Below are positions 1 to 8,777 of a stretch of DNA of 64,000 nucleotides, one piece after another. Every line of letters begins with the position of its first letter. Position 1 is the stretch's first letter. Location of the stretch: contig CAZQSZ010000001.1 in assembly GCA_964596345.1 (NCBI GenBank), positions 752,696-816,695 of the forward strand, read 5' to 3'. Both the position numbers and the translations under genes were made by a program. The notes below the pieces were generated by a model. That model was not told where the DNA came from. It was given only the letters and a program-made list of their open reading frames with translations, and searched no databases. The stretch is from an uncultured Chitinophaga sp. Its GTDB lineage: Bacteria > Bacteroidota > Bacteroidia > Chitinophagales > Chitinophagaceae.

Positions 1-502
1 CATGGGGAATTTCTAAGAAGCCATTAGGCTTGGCTTCGTTGGTTGCCATCTTGCTGATGAACCTGGCTGATGATAAGCCGCAGGAAATCGGCAAACCGGT
101 TTCCGTAGTGATTGCTTTTCGTAATTCCCTGGCATATTTACTGACCCCGAAAAATTTATCCATGCCGGTTAGGTCAATATAAAATTCATCAATGGATGCT
201 TTTTCAAATAAAGGCACTCTTGCAGCAATGATCTCGGTGACCCAGCGGGAATATTTACTGTAATCACTGCGGCTGGCATTGGTAACAATAGCCTGCGGGC
301 AGAGTTGCATGGCTTTTTTCATTGGCATGGCCGAATGGATACCGAATTTCCGGGCCTCATAGCTGCAGGCAGCCACCACGCCCCGTTCATAACCTCCTAC
401 CAGCACAGGTTTCCCTTTCAGGGAAGGATCGTTGCGGATCTCCACGGAAACAAAAAATGAATCGAGGTCAAAATGGGCGATATACCTTTTTATGTCTGCC
501 AT
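1..502 (-). CDS. dinB: DNA polymerase IV (Y-family), N-terminal 167 codons; continues beyond the window start
   Basis: Absent from the ORF track because there is no stop in the window. Manual minus-strand translation from the ATG at 502-500 gives MADIKRYIAHFDLDSFFVSVEIRNDPSLKGKPVLVGG...AACSYEARKFGIHSAMP...IDEFYIDLTG. This carries the HxDxDxFFxSVE and SYEAR motifs of DinB. Confidence 0.85.
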   Translation of the reverse strand, partial: MADIKRYIAHFDLDSFFVSVEIRNDPSLKGKPVLVGGYERGVVAACSYEARKFGIHSAMPMKKAMQLCPQAIVTNASRSDYSKYSRWVTEIIAARVPLFEKASIDEFYIDLTGMDKFFGVSKYARELRKAITTETGLPISCGLSSARFISKMATNEAKPNGFLEIPH

Positions 503-585
503 CCGTGTATAAAGATAAATTTCTTTCAGGCAAAGGGTTGTTATTTGCCGGGGGCAATAAATTATATTTGAGGTACAGAAAGATA

Positions 586-1167
586 ATGACAGATACAGAG
601 CAACTCAGAAGGTTTATCAGCAGTGCTTTCCCATTGAAAGCCGAAGAATTAGACGCTTTAACTGCTATCTGGCAACCGTTTGAATGTAAACGTAAAACGA
701 TACTGACTGCTGCCGGTGAAACAGAACGTTATCTATATTTTGTACTGGAAGGAGTACAAAGAGCTTTTTATATCGGCGGGGAAAAAAAGGAGGCGACTAT
801 TGTATTTATGTATCCGCCCTCTTTTTCCGGGGTAGCTGATTCTTTCCTGACACAAACCCCATCGGCTTATTTTTTGGAGACACTGACCGGCAGCCGGTTT
901 CTTCGTACCACCTACAAACAGGTTAATGAACTCTGCGATCAATATCCGAATATTCAGAAAATGATACTGAAACTGACCGCTTTTGTTTTGAAAGGTGTAT
1001 TGGAAAGGCAGATCGAATTACAATGCTTCGGTGCCGAAGAGAAATTCAGGACCCTTTTGAAAAGAAGCCCGCATGTCCTGCAGATCATTCCACATAAATA
1101 CCTCGCTTCTTACCTCGGACTGGACGCCACTACTTTCAGCAAATTGCTGGGCTCTGTACGGTTATAG
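586..1167 (+). CDS. Crp/Fnr-family transcriptional regulator (cNMP-binding domain plus C-terminal HTH)
   Basis: ORF 322..1167 trimmed to the ATG at 586, because the upstream part is antisense to dinB. About 193 aa with a beta-roll region (RYLYFVLEGVQRAFY) and a C-terminal HTH (KYLASYLGLDATTFSKLL), typical of small Bacteroidota Crp-like regulators. Confidence 0.75.
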   Translation: MTDTEQLRRFISSAFPLKAEELDALTAIWQPFECKRKTILTAAGETERYLYFVLEGVQRAFYIGGEKKEATIVFMYPPSFSGVADSFLTQTPSAYFLETLTGSRFLRTTYKQVNELCDQYPNIQKMILKLTAFVLKGVLERQIELQCFGAEEKFRTLLKRSPHVLQIIPHKYLASYLGLDATTFSKLLGSVRL

Positions 1168-1183
1168 TTCAGCCTGGATTTGA

Positions 1184-1207
1184 AAATCTTGGGAAATACC
1201 AAGATTT
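1184..1207 (+). terminator. Stem-loop downstream of the Crp-like gene
   Basis: AAATCTTGG-gaaata-CCAAGATTT, a perfect 9-bp stem starting 17 nt after the stop. No clear T-run follows. Confidence 0.35.
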
Positions 1208-1248
1208 CCGGTACGCCGCCACTGTAGGTTTGTTGAAAATTATCAACC

Positions 1249-1866
1249 ATGCAAAAATTTATTAGTGCAGACCTGCTGAACGAGTTACAGGCAGATGTTC
1301 GTCAACTGATCGCCACTGCTACCTTATTAAAACTGGAGGATCCGGGTTGTTTACTGGAGCAACCGGCACCAGGCAAATGGAATGTGGTGCAGGTATTAGA
1401 GCACCTGAACAGTTATGGAAGATATTATCTTGTTGCCATTGAAAATTCCTTGCAACAGGATAAAAAAGCTACGGATATATTCAGATCAGGCTGGCTGGGG
1501 AATTATTTTACCAACCTGATGAAACCCGGTGCTGACGGCCAGGTAAATAATAAAATGAAAGCCCCGAAAGATCACCGTCCTTTACCACAACTGGATGTAT
1601 TCCCGGTGCTGAACACTTTTATAGACCAGCAGCAATACCTGCTGGAATTACTGGAAAAGGCAAAAGCCAAAGATATCGGGGCTATCCGCACACCCATTTC
1701 TATCTCCCGGTTTATCAAATTAAAGCTGGGCGATACCTTTCGTTTCCTGGTGGCACATGAACAACGGCATTTTGTGCAGCTGCAAAATATACTGCGGGCT
1801 ATACAGGAAGATAACCGGTGTTATAAAAAAACTGGTCCTTCAACAAAACCTGTAAAAGCAGTATAA
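1249..1866 (+). CDS. DinB-superfamily (DinB_2/YfiT-like) metal-dependent protein
   Basis: 205 aa. Conserved His positions (VLEHLNSYGRYY; C-terminal AHEQRHFVQ) fit the DinB four-helix-bundle family. Confidence 0.65.
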   Translation: MQKFISADLLNELQADVRQLIATATLLKLEDPGCLLEQPAPGKWNVVQVLEHLNSYGRYYLVAIENSLQQDKKATDIFRSGWLGNYFTNLMKPGADGQVNNKMKAPKDHRPLPQLDVFPVLNTFIDQQQYLLELLEKAKAKDIGAIRTPISISRFIKLKLGDTFRFLVAHEQRHFVQLQNILRAIQEDNRCYKKTGPSTKPVKAV

Positions 1867-1895
1867 GGTATGGGGTTGAATAGTTATTTTAGCCT

Positions 1896-2369
1896 ATGCA
1901 ATTAGAATGGCTGAAGACAGGTATTACCCCGCTGAAGGACTTGCTGACATTTTTAAATAATGAAAGTAAGACCAGTGATGTGATCAAAAAACAGGTGATC
2001 CGGGAGTTGCGGAATAACCTGAATATTTTTCACAATGCTTTTTTGAATGAAGTGAAGCCGGATGTGATGATCGACCTGCTCAGTAATGAAGCTATAAAGG
2101 AAGCGATAAAGAATAATTTCAAATTCAAAAAGATCAAGGCAGGGGATATCGAACCTTATCATGTATTTGATGACCGGAATAAAAAATACATTGGCTGGGA
2201 TGCCGAGCGGCTGATCGATAAGATCGATGAGAAAATAGAAGAGCTGCGCAATATCAAAAAGATGAACGGCGGCAGCGTGGAGAAAGTGAAAAATAATTTA
2301 TCACTGATGCTGAGCAACCTGTATTACCGGATGAAGTTGCTGGCTGATTTTATAAAGGGGCCTAAGTGA
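1896..2369 (+). CDS. Hypothetical protein, Lys/Asn/Ile-rich, predicted helical; no recognisable family
   Basis: 157-aa ORF with an ATG start, AT-rich relative to its neighbours. Its 3' end overlaps the rimM stop region by 8 nt (convergent). Confidence 0.45.
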   Translation: MQLEWLKTGITPLKDLLTFLNNESKTSDVIKKQVIRELRNNLNIFHNAFLNEVKPDVMIDLLSNEAIKEAIKNNFKFKKIKAGDIEPYHVFDDRNKKYIGWDAERLIDKIDEKIEELRNIKKMNGGSVEKVKNNLSLMLSNLYYRMKLLADFIKGPK

Positions 2370-2880
2370 GATACACATCCAGTAAACCTTCGGGTAATTG
2401 TACCAACACCTGTTTTTTCCGGTGATCAATTTTTTCCAAACTTCCTTCATGAATGGGGATCAGTACTTCTTTCGACTGAATTTCCAGCCGGCATAATACC
2501 TGGTGGGGTTGCTCGATCACTTCCAGGATTTCGCCTAATGATTCCCCATTATTGATGATAGTGTAACCAAGTAAACTAACCGGGGCTGATTTAGCAGCAA
2601 ATTTTTTAAAATCAGGTTCGGGAAGCCAGCATTCTTTTGGAGTAAGTTTCATGGCTGCTTCTCTTGAATCGGCGCCTTCCAGTTTGATATAAACTTCTTC
2701 TTCGCTTTTTATTTTGGTCGATTCAATGAACCAGGGAAGAAAGGAGTTTTTCTTGTCTTCAATGAAAAGAGCTTGTAGCCCCTTCAGAGAAGTCTTTTTA
2801 CCCAGTTCATGCTTCAGCACCAATTCGCCCTGCAGACCATGAACGGCTACCAGTTTTCCTATTTTATAATATCCTGCCAT
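2362..2880 (-). CDS. rimM: 16S rRNA processing protein RimM
   Basis: 172 aa. The N-terminus MAGYYKIGKLVAVHGLQGELVLK matches the RimM signature (GxxxxxHGxxGE). It sits directly downstream of rpsP, the conserved arrangement. Confidence 0.9.
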   Translation of the reverse strand: MAGYYKIGKLVAVHGLQGELVLKHELGKKTSLKGLQALFIEDKKNSFLPWFIESTKIKSEEEVYIKLEGADSREAAMKLTPKECWLPEPDFKKFAAKSAPVSLLGYTIINNGESLGEILEVIEQPHQVLCRLEIQSKEVLIPIHEGSLEKIDHRKKQVLVQLPEGLLDVYLT

Positions 2881-2920
2881 TGTTACAAAGATAAATGCAG
2901 ATCATCTGTAATTGAGAGTA

Positions 2921-2950
2921 ACAAAAAATCCCGGTTTAATAACCGGGATT
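2921..2950 (-). terminator. Rho-independent-type terminator or attenuator between rpsP and rimM
   Basis: AATCCCGGTT-taat-AACCGGGATT, a perfect 10-bp stem. On the minus strand it is followed by TTTTTTG. Confidence 0.6.
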
Positions 2951-2975
2951 CATGAACTTTCAGGATCAGGATATA

Positions 2976-3419
2976 TTATCCTTCACCACCGCCGCTTTCG
3001 GTCCTTCGCTCAGGTCTGCGACCTGGCATCGGACGTCTGGCTCTTTTCTGGCGATAAGCTTCGTCCTGGCGTTTTTTAATCTGGGCGTCGTGTTCGGCGC
3101 TCCATTTGGTGAACTTCTCCATCGCAGTTGCATCATCAAAAAGTCCCAGCCCCACACCACGGAGCAGGTGTTTCAGGTACAATACTCCTTTAAAGCTCAG
3201 GATACGGCGAACGGTGTCAGTAGGTGTTGCACCTTTGTTCAGCCACTCCAATGCTTTCTGGCGGTCCAGCTGAATAGTAGCAGGAACAGTCAGGGGATTG
3301 TAAGTACCTAATTTTTGGATGAATTTACCATCACGGGGTGCCCGTGAATCGGCGACTACAATAAAGTAGAAGGGTCTTTTTTTAGACCCGTGTCTTTGAA
3401 GACGGATTTTTGCTGACAT
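2976..3419 (-). CDS. rpsP: 30S ribosomal protein S16 with a charged C-terminal extension
   Basis: ORF 2976..3446 trimmed to the ATG at 3419. [42 protein letters not shown] is the canonical S16 N-terminus. The tail is Arg/Lys/Glu-rich, as in Bacteroidota S16. Confidence 0.92.
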   Translation of the reverse strand: MSAKIRLQRHGSKKRPFYFIVVADSRAPRDGKFIQKLGTYNPLTVPATIQLDRQKALEWLNKGATPTDTVRRILSFKGVLYLKHLLRGVGLGLFDDATAMEKFTKWSAEHDAQIKKRQDEAYRQKRARRPMPGRRPERRTESGGGEG

Positions 3420-3476
3420 AAATAGAAATTTAACAGCGTTAAACAATAATTGTTAGTTCCGGTAGAAACCGGACAG

Positions 3477-3507
3477 CAAATATAGGACGGGGGGAGGAGA
3501 TTGCAAA
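3477..3507 (-). promoter_or_regulatory. Candidate Bacteroidota sigma-A promoter for rpsP
   Basis: Minus strand reads TTTG (3507-3504), N19, TATATTTG (3484-3477). This matches the -33 TTG / -7 TAnnTTTG consensus. It lies 58 nt upstream of the rpsP ATG. Confidence 0.4.
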
Positions 3508-3512
3508 GAGAA

Positions 3513-3547
3513 AGTCCATAGTCCATGGTCAATAGCCCATAGCTATA
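3513..3547 (+). repeat. Five phase-locked degenerate heptads (AGTCCAT family)
   Basis: AGTCCAT AGTCCAT GGTCAAT AGCCCAT AGCTATA, read directly from the sequence. Confidence 0.6.
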
Positions 3548-3612
3548 TTTTCCGGGGATTTAGCTTACTTAACCTGGGCGGGATAATGAAAGGTGTTTCT
3601 TTATTTCTTGCG

Positions 3613-3640
3613 ATGGTCTATGGACTATCAACCATGGACT
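3613..3640 (-). repeat. Four heptads of the same family in inverted orientation
   Basis: Plus strand reads ATGGTCT ATGGACT ATCAACC ATGGACT. The reverse complement is AGTCCAT GGTTGAT AGTCCAT AGACCAT. Positions 3618-3640 are complementary to 3520-3542 at 20 of 23 positions. Confidence 0.6.
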
Positions 3641-4965
3641 TACCTCTTCATCCCCGGCATCATTTTGCCAAACATTCCCGCCTTGTTCATGCCTTTCATC
3701 ATGTCCCGCATTTGCTCAAACTGTTTCATAAAAGCATTTACCTCGGCAATGTCTTTACCGGCTCCTTTAGCAATGCGTTTGCGGCGGTTGCCGTCGATCA
3801 GGTCGGGATTGCTTCTTTCGGCGGGTGTCATGGAGTTGATCATCGCCTCAATGCCTTTAAAAGAGTCTTCGTTTACATCCAGGTCTTTGATCTGTTTGCC
3901 TACCCCGGGTATCATCCCCAGCAGATCTTTCATATTGCCCATTTTTTTGATCTGCTCCAGCTGCATTTTGAAGTCGGCAAAATCAAATTTATTCTTGCGA
4001 AGTTTTCCTTCAAGTTTCTTAGCCTGTTCTTCGTCAAATTGTTCCTGGGCTTTTTCTACTAACGAAGTGATATCACCCATACCAAGGATGCGTTGTGCCA
4101 TCCTTTCCGGGTAGAATACATCCAGGGTGTCCATCTTTTCACCACTACTGATGAATTTGATGGGTTTATTCACTGTGTATTTGATTGAAATGGCGGCACC
4201 ACCTCTTGTATCGCCATCCAGCTTGGTCAATACCACACCGGTAAAATCCAGTTTATCATTGAAAGCCTTAGCAGTGTTTACAGCATCTTGTCCTGTCATA
4301 GAGTCAACCACAAACAGGATTTCCTGGGGGTTAACGGCACTGCGGATATTGGCCACTTCGGTCATCATCACTTCATCTATGGCCAGGCGGCCGGCCGTAT
4401 CGATGATGACTACGTTTTTATTTTTACTCCTTGCATCCTTAACCGCATTTTGTGCAATTGCAACAGCATCTTTATTCTCTGGTTCGATATGTACATCCAC
4501 GCCGATCTGCTCCCCCAATACCCGCAATTGTTCCATCGCTGCCGGGCGGTAAATATCCGCTGCCACCAGCAGGGGAGAAAGCCCCTTTTTTGTTTTCAGG
4601 AAATTAGCCAGTTTGCCGCTGAATGTGGTTTTACCACTACCCTGCAGACCGGCAATCAATATCACAGCAGGATTACCCTTTGCATTGAAGCTGGCTTCCT
4701 GCCCGCCCATCAGCTCCGCCAGCTCGTCTTTTACGATCTTGGTCATGAGCTGGCCGGGAGAAATAGCATTGATCACCTTTTCGCCCATGGCCTTGTCCTT
4801 TACTTTATCTGTAAAGTCTTTGGCAATTTTATAATTCACATCCGCATCCACCAGGGCACGGCGGATCTCTTTTACCGTGGTGGCAATATTGAGTTCGGTA
4901 ATCCGGGCCTGGCCTTTGAGGTTCTTAAAGGCACTTTCTAATTTATCCTGTAAGCTGTTGAACAT
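3640..4965 (-). CDS. ffh: Signal recognition particle protein Ffh
   Basis: 441 aa. GTPase motifs GLQGSGKTT, DTAGR and TKLDGD, with a Met-rich C-terminal M domain. Confidence 0.95.
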   Translation of the reverse strand: MFNSLQDKLESAFKNLKGQARITELNIATTVKEIRRALVDADVNYKIAKDFTDKVKDKAMGEKVINAISPGQLMTKIVKDELAELMGGQEASFNAKGNPAVILIAGLQGSGKTTFSGKLANFLKTKKGLSPLLVAADIYRPAAMEQLRVLGEQIGVDVHIEPENKDAVAIAQNAVKDARSKNKNVVIIDTAGRLAIDEVMMTEVANIRSAVNPQEILFVVDSMTGQDAVNTAKAFNDKLDFTGVVLTKLDGDTRGGAAISIKYTVNKPIKFISSGEKMDTLDVFYPERMAQRILGMGDITSLVEKAQEQFDEEQAKKLEGKLRKNKFDFADFKMQLEQIKKMGNMKDLLGMIPGVGKQIKDLDVNEDSFKGIEAMINSMTPAERSNPDLIDGNRRKRIAKGAGKDIAEVNAFMKQFEQMRDMMKGMNKAGMFGKMMPGMKR

Positions 4966-4996
4966 GATTCACAAATGTTTTCGCTGTCACTAAATA

Positions 4997-5024
4997 AAAA
5001 GTGAACATCATGATGTTCACTTTT
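4997..5024. terminator. Terminator hairpin downstream of rpoD
   Basis: AAAAGTGAACATC-at-GATGTTCACTTTT, perfect 13-nt inverted arms. Effectively an ~11-bp stem, flanked by A and T runs on both sides. Confidence 0.6.
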
Positions 5025-5087
5025 AAACGAGTTGCAAAGATAAAGTAGAAGTGTAAAGATTATATCAGTGAGTACTGTTTTAGTTAA

Positions 5088-5963
5088 TTAAGCCCCGAGA
5101 TAAGTTCTTAAGATCCTTGTCCGGGTGTTTGTTTTCAGCTTGGTAATAGCCTTATCCTTGATCTGGCGAACCCTTTCCCTTGTCAGGTTGAATTTTTCGC
5201 CGATATCTTCCAGGCTCATCGGGTGGTCAACACCAATTCCAAAGAAATAACAAATCACCTCTTTTTGTCTTTCTGTCAGGGTTTTCAGGCTGCGGTCAAT
5301 TTCTGTTTTCAGGGATTCATTGTGATCCAGCTGACCATCTGTTTTTTCAGCATTAGGGTTGATCAGTACATCCAACAAGGTGCTGTCTTCACCCTCCGAA
5401 AGCGGTGTGTCCATGCTGACATGGCGGGAATTGATACCCAGCGTAGCGGATACTTCTTCCAGGTCCATTTCCAGTACTTCGGCCAGCTCTTCAGCAGAGG
5501 GTTCCCGTTCAAACTGCTGCTCCAGCGAGGAGAAAGCTTTTTGGATACGGTTGGTCAGTCCTACTTTGTTGAGGGGCAGGCGGACGATTCTTGACTGCTC
5601 GGCTAAAGCCTGTAAAATACTCTGGCGGATCCACCAAACAGCGTAGGAAATGAATTTGAAACCACGGGTTTCATCGAATCGCTGGGCGGCTTTTATAAGG
5701 CCGAGATTACCCTCATTAATAAGGTCAGGCAGCGACAATCCCTGGTTTTGGTACTGTTTGGCTACAGATACCACGAAACGCAGATTGGCCTTGGTCAGTC
5801 TGTCGAGTGACTTTTGACATCCTTGTTTAATAAGGGTGGCTAATTTGACCTCTTCTTCGGGGGTAATGAGTTCGACCTTGCCGATCTCCTGCAGGTACTT
5901 TTCTAAGCTTTGAGATTCACGATTGGTAATTGATTTCGTGATCTTCAATTGTCTCATGCTCAT
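5088..5963 (-). CDS. rpoD: Primary RNA polymerase sigma factor (short Bacteroidota sigma-70 type)
   Basis: 291 aa. Region 2 is [36 protein letters not shown] and region 4 is [22 protein letters not shown]. An alternative start lies two codons downstream at 5957. Confidence 0.9.
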   Translation of the reverse strand: MSMRQLKITKSITNRESQSLEKYLQEIGKVELITPEEEVKLATLIKQGCQKSLDRLTKANLRFVVSVAKQYQNQGLSLPDLINEGNLGLIKAAQRFDETRGFKFISYAVWWIRQSILQALAEQSRIVRLPLNKVGLTNRIQKAFSSLEQQFEREPSAEELAEVLEMDLEEVSATLGINSRHVSMDTPLSEGEDSTLLDVLINPNAEKTDGQLDHNESLKTEIDRSLKTLTERQKEVICYFFGIGVDHPMSLEDIGEKFNLTRERVRQIKDKAITKLKTNTRTRILRTYLGA

Positions 5964-6276
5964 AGGTATGGTTTTAGAATGGTGTATTTAAAGGGTTAAA
6001 GAATTATAAGTTTCAGTCTGCTTATGACTCTAAAAATACCCACCACAATGTCATTGCTTGTTCGGAACGTATTGAACTTCAAGGCAATTTAACCTTTTCA
6101 GTAATATGTGCCAAAAAAATTTTGGTTATTATTTAACGCTTGCCTAAGAGTTTTATTTTGTAAAGACTTGATTTGCTGTAAAACAAGGGGAAAAATAACC
6201 GGGAAAATATTTTGGCGCAATGATTTATTATTTATTATTGCAGCAGTCGCAACAGATTTATTAATAAGAGAAGAAG

Positions 6277-6654
6277 ATGAGCAAGCAATTATACACGTTA
6301 GAATTTCCTGTCCGGTGTTCACCATCTATTTTATACGAATTTTTATCCACACCGGCAGGTTTGGGCGAATGGTTCGCTGAAAAGGTTGATGAAAGAGACG
6401 GTATTTTTTACTTTGGCTGGAACGGGTCGTTTGATAAAGCAGACCTGCTGGAAACCGAGCAGGATAAATTTGTCCGCTTTCACTGGCAAACAGCCCCCAA
6501 GGATGAATACTTTGAATTCCGGATCGAAAAATCAGAGATCACCAACCAGACCATTTTAGTGATCAAGGATTTTGCCGAGAAAAAGGAAATCAAAGATCAG
6601 AGCCTGTTATGGGATCACCAGGTGAAAGACCTTTTTCACCGCCTGGGTAACTAA
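6277..6654 (+). CDS. START-like / SRPBCC-fold small protein
   Basis: 125 aa. SPSILYEFLSTPAGLGEWFAEKV resembles the small AHSA1/START-like proteins conserved in Bacteroidota. Family assignment is from memory only. Confidence 0.55.
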   Translation: MSKQLYTLEFPVRCSPSILYEFLSTPAGLGEWFAEKVDERDGIFYFGWNGSFDKADLLETEQDKFVRFHWQTAPKDEYFEFRIEKSEITNQTILVIKDFAEKKEIKDQSLLWDHQVKDLFHRLGN

Positions 6655-7262
6655 GCGTTTAGTATCTCCATTAATTTAGTGAATTCGGTAAACAGCCGGG
6701 AAGAAATATCATTCCACTGCTGAAGAGGATATTTTTGGGCCAGTTTTATAAATGGTTGTTGGGCAAGCAACCGTTCAAACTGTTCTTCTTTTATTTCTTT
6801 CACCGGTATATAGTTATCCTTTTCAAAATGATGCTCCCATTGATCATTATTGAGGCAAAGAAAAAAATCATTTTCGGCAAACAACGAGTATGAATTGCTA
6901 AGTCGTTGCTGAAATAGATCCTTGCAACTACCGGAGATATGAAGGGTAATGCTGAAAAAATTTCCCCACCAGAACATCGTACGGATCGTAAATACATTTT
7001 CCTTATTAAAATAACGGGGATGATCGAGTACCAGGTAGGGCAGGCCCTTGTAATTTTCTCCCTTTGAAATCTTAGGTAAAGAGCTGGTAAATTCAGCCGG
7101 GAAATTGATTTTCTCTTTTGCCAGGTACTCCTGCTGTTCAGCCTGGAGGGCTTCCAGCATATTTTTTACTTTTTGAATGATACCGTTCTTTGTTAAAATC
7201 CAATCTGTGTTGGTCACCAGTTCTAACTCGGTTGCTGAAAGCCTTATTTTTGCGGGATTCAT
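6651..7262 (-). CDS. Hypothetical protein (203 aa)
   Basis: Clean ATG-started ORF with no motif I can name. Convergent 4-nt overlap with the preceding gene. Confidence 0.5.
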   Translation of the reverse strand: MNPAKIRLSATELELVTNTDWILTKNGIIQKVKNMLEALQAEQQEYLAKEKINFPAEFTSSLPKISKGENYKGLPYLVLDHPRYFNKENVFTIRTMFWWGNFFSITLHISGSCKDLFQQRLSNSYSLFAENDFFLCLNNDQWEHHFEKDNYIPVKEIKEEQFERLLAQQPFIKLAQKYPLQQWNDISSRLFTEFTKLMEILNA

Positions 7263-7274
7263 ATCTAAAGATAA

Positions 7275-8720
7275 GTGATCAAAAAATTAGATAAACTCAT
7301 CATCAAAGCCTTTATCGGGCCTTTTATCGCAACGTTCTTTATTACGTTGCTGGTGCTGGTGATGCAGTTCTTCTGGCTGTATATCGATGATTTTGTCGGC
7401 AAAGGCCTGGGCGCCGGTTTGATCCTTGAATTTATCTGGTACCAGGGAGCCGTGCTGGTACCCTTAGCCCTTCCGCTGGCCATCCTGCTTTCTTCACTGA
7501 TGACTTTTGGTAACCTGGGTGAAAGTTTTGAATTAGTGGCCATCAAAGCGGCGGGCATCTCTTTGTTGCGGTTTATGCGGCCTTTATTTTTTGTGACCTT
7601 GCTTATTTGCGGGGTGGCTTTCCTTTTCTCCAATAATATCATTCCGATCGCTAACCTGAAATCAAGAACACTGCTGGCAGATATTGTGTACGCTAAACCC
7701 GCCTTCGACCTGAAAGAAGGGGTGTTTTATGATAAGATCAATGGCTTTGCGATCAAGATCGGGAAGAAAGAATCCAACGACAGCATTATCCGGGATGTGA
7801 TCATCTACGAACAGACCAATCCGGTGCAGGATAATTTTATTATCGCCAAAAGTGGTGTAATGCGGGTCACAGACGACAAAAGATATCTTGAATTCAACCT
7901 GCGGGACGGCTGGCGTTACCAGGAACGAACCAGCAATGCTTATGTTACCAACACAGAATTTGTGCGCCTGGGTTTTAAAGAATATACCAAACAGTTTGAT
8001 CTCAGCGCCTTTCAGTTTGTAAGAACTGATGATAGTGTCAATAAGAATAATGAACGGGTGTTGAGTATGCGGCAACTGGACATAGCAATCGACTCACTCA
8101 GAAAAGAGAATGATGCGATCAGGACGCAGTTGACAAAAACAATGTATGCAACCTGGACTTTTACGAAATACATTGACAGCAACTGGTCAAAACAGGAAGT
8201 GATTGATACGGGCACAAGAAAAAAGGCTGCCACTTTTTCGCAATGGCTGCCCGACTCTGCAAAGACGGATGTGGCTCAGCGGGCCTCCGGACAAGTTAAT
8301 TCTATAAGGGTCGGTCTTGAATCAACTGCTACAAATTTAAAGGACCGGGAACGAATTTTCAGGAAACATAAAATCGAATGGCACCGGAAAATATCTCTTT
8401 CCCTTGCCTGTCTTGTTTTGTTCCTGATCGGGGCACCATTGGGTTCTATTATCCGTAAAGGTGGATTGGGAACACCCCTGATATTTGCCATCATCTTCTT
8501 TATGGTCTTTTATTTCTCCAGTACCATGGGAGAAAAATTTGCCAAAGAAAATACCCTGAGCCCCTTGATGGGTATGTGGCTGGCCACTTTTGTCCTGGTG
8601 CCCATCGGTTTATTCCTTACTTACAAAGCCATGCGGGATTCGCAATTATTTAATAAAGAGTCTTATCACCGGCTTGCCAAAAAGCTGAGGTCTTTTTTCA
8701 ACCGTAAACAGGCGGTTTAA
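7275..8720 (+). CDS. LptF/LptG-family (YjgP/YjgQ) LPS export permease
   Basis: 481 aa with a GTG start. The N-terminus IKKLDKLIIKAFIGPFIATFFITLLVLVMQ is the family hallmark. Layout is TM clusters, a large periplasmic insert, then TM clusters. Confidence 0.8.
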   Translation: MIKKLDKLIIKAFIGPFIATFFITLLVLVMQFFWLYIDDFVGKGLGAGLILEFIWYQGAVLVPLALPLAILLSSLMTFGNLGESFELVAIKAAGISLLRFMRPLFFVTLLICGVAFLFSNNIIPIANLKSRTLLADIVYAKPAFDLKEGVFYDKINGFAIKIGKKESNDSIIRDVIIYEQTNPVQDNFIIAKSGVMRVTDDKRYLEFNLRDGWRYQERTSNAYVTNTEFVRLGFKEYTKQFDLSAFQFVRTDDSVNKNNERVLSMRQLDIAIDSLRKENDAIRTQLTKTMYATWTFTKYIDSNWSKQEVIDTGTRKKAATFSQWLPDSAKTDVAQRASGQVNSIRVGLESTATNLKDRERIFRKHKIEWHRKISLSLACLVLFLIGAPLGSIIRKGGLGTPLIFAIIFFMVFYFSSTMGEKFAKENTLSPLMGMWLATFVLVPIGLFLTYKAMRDSQLFNKESYHRLAKKLRSFFNRKQAV

Positions 8721-8777
8721 TATTATCTTTTTCCTTGCTGATTTCAGTTAATTTCGGGCACCATTCAATAGCTCTCT

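Noticed and set aside
322-585. N-terminal 88 codons of ORF 322..1167 (MAWPNGYRISGPHS...)
   Set aside because: This stretch is antisense to the clearly conserved dinB N-terminus and has no Crp-like similarity. Regulator homology starts at the ATG at 586.
3586-4941. Several plus-strand ORFs (3586..4062, 3593..4114, 4127..4552, 4288..4941) opposite ffh
   Set aside because: They have no recognisable motifs and lie entirely within the well-conserved ffh coding region.
7265-7642. 125-aa minus-strand ORF at the start of the LptF/G gene
   Set aside because: It overlaps the conserved N-terminal TM region of the permease on the other strand and has no supporting features.
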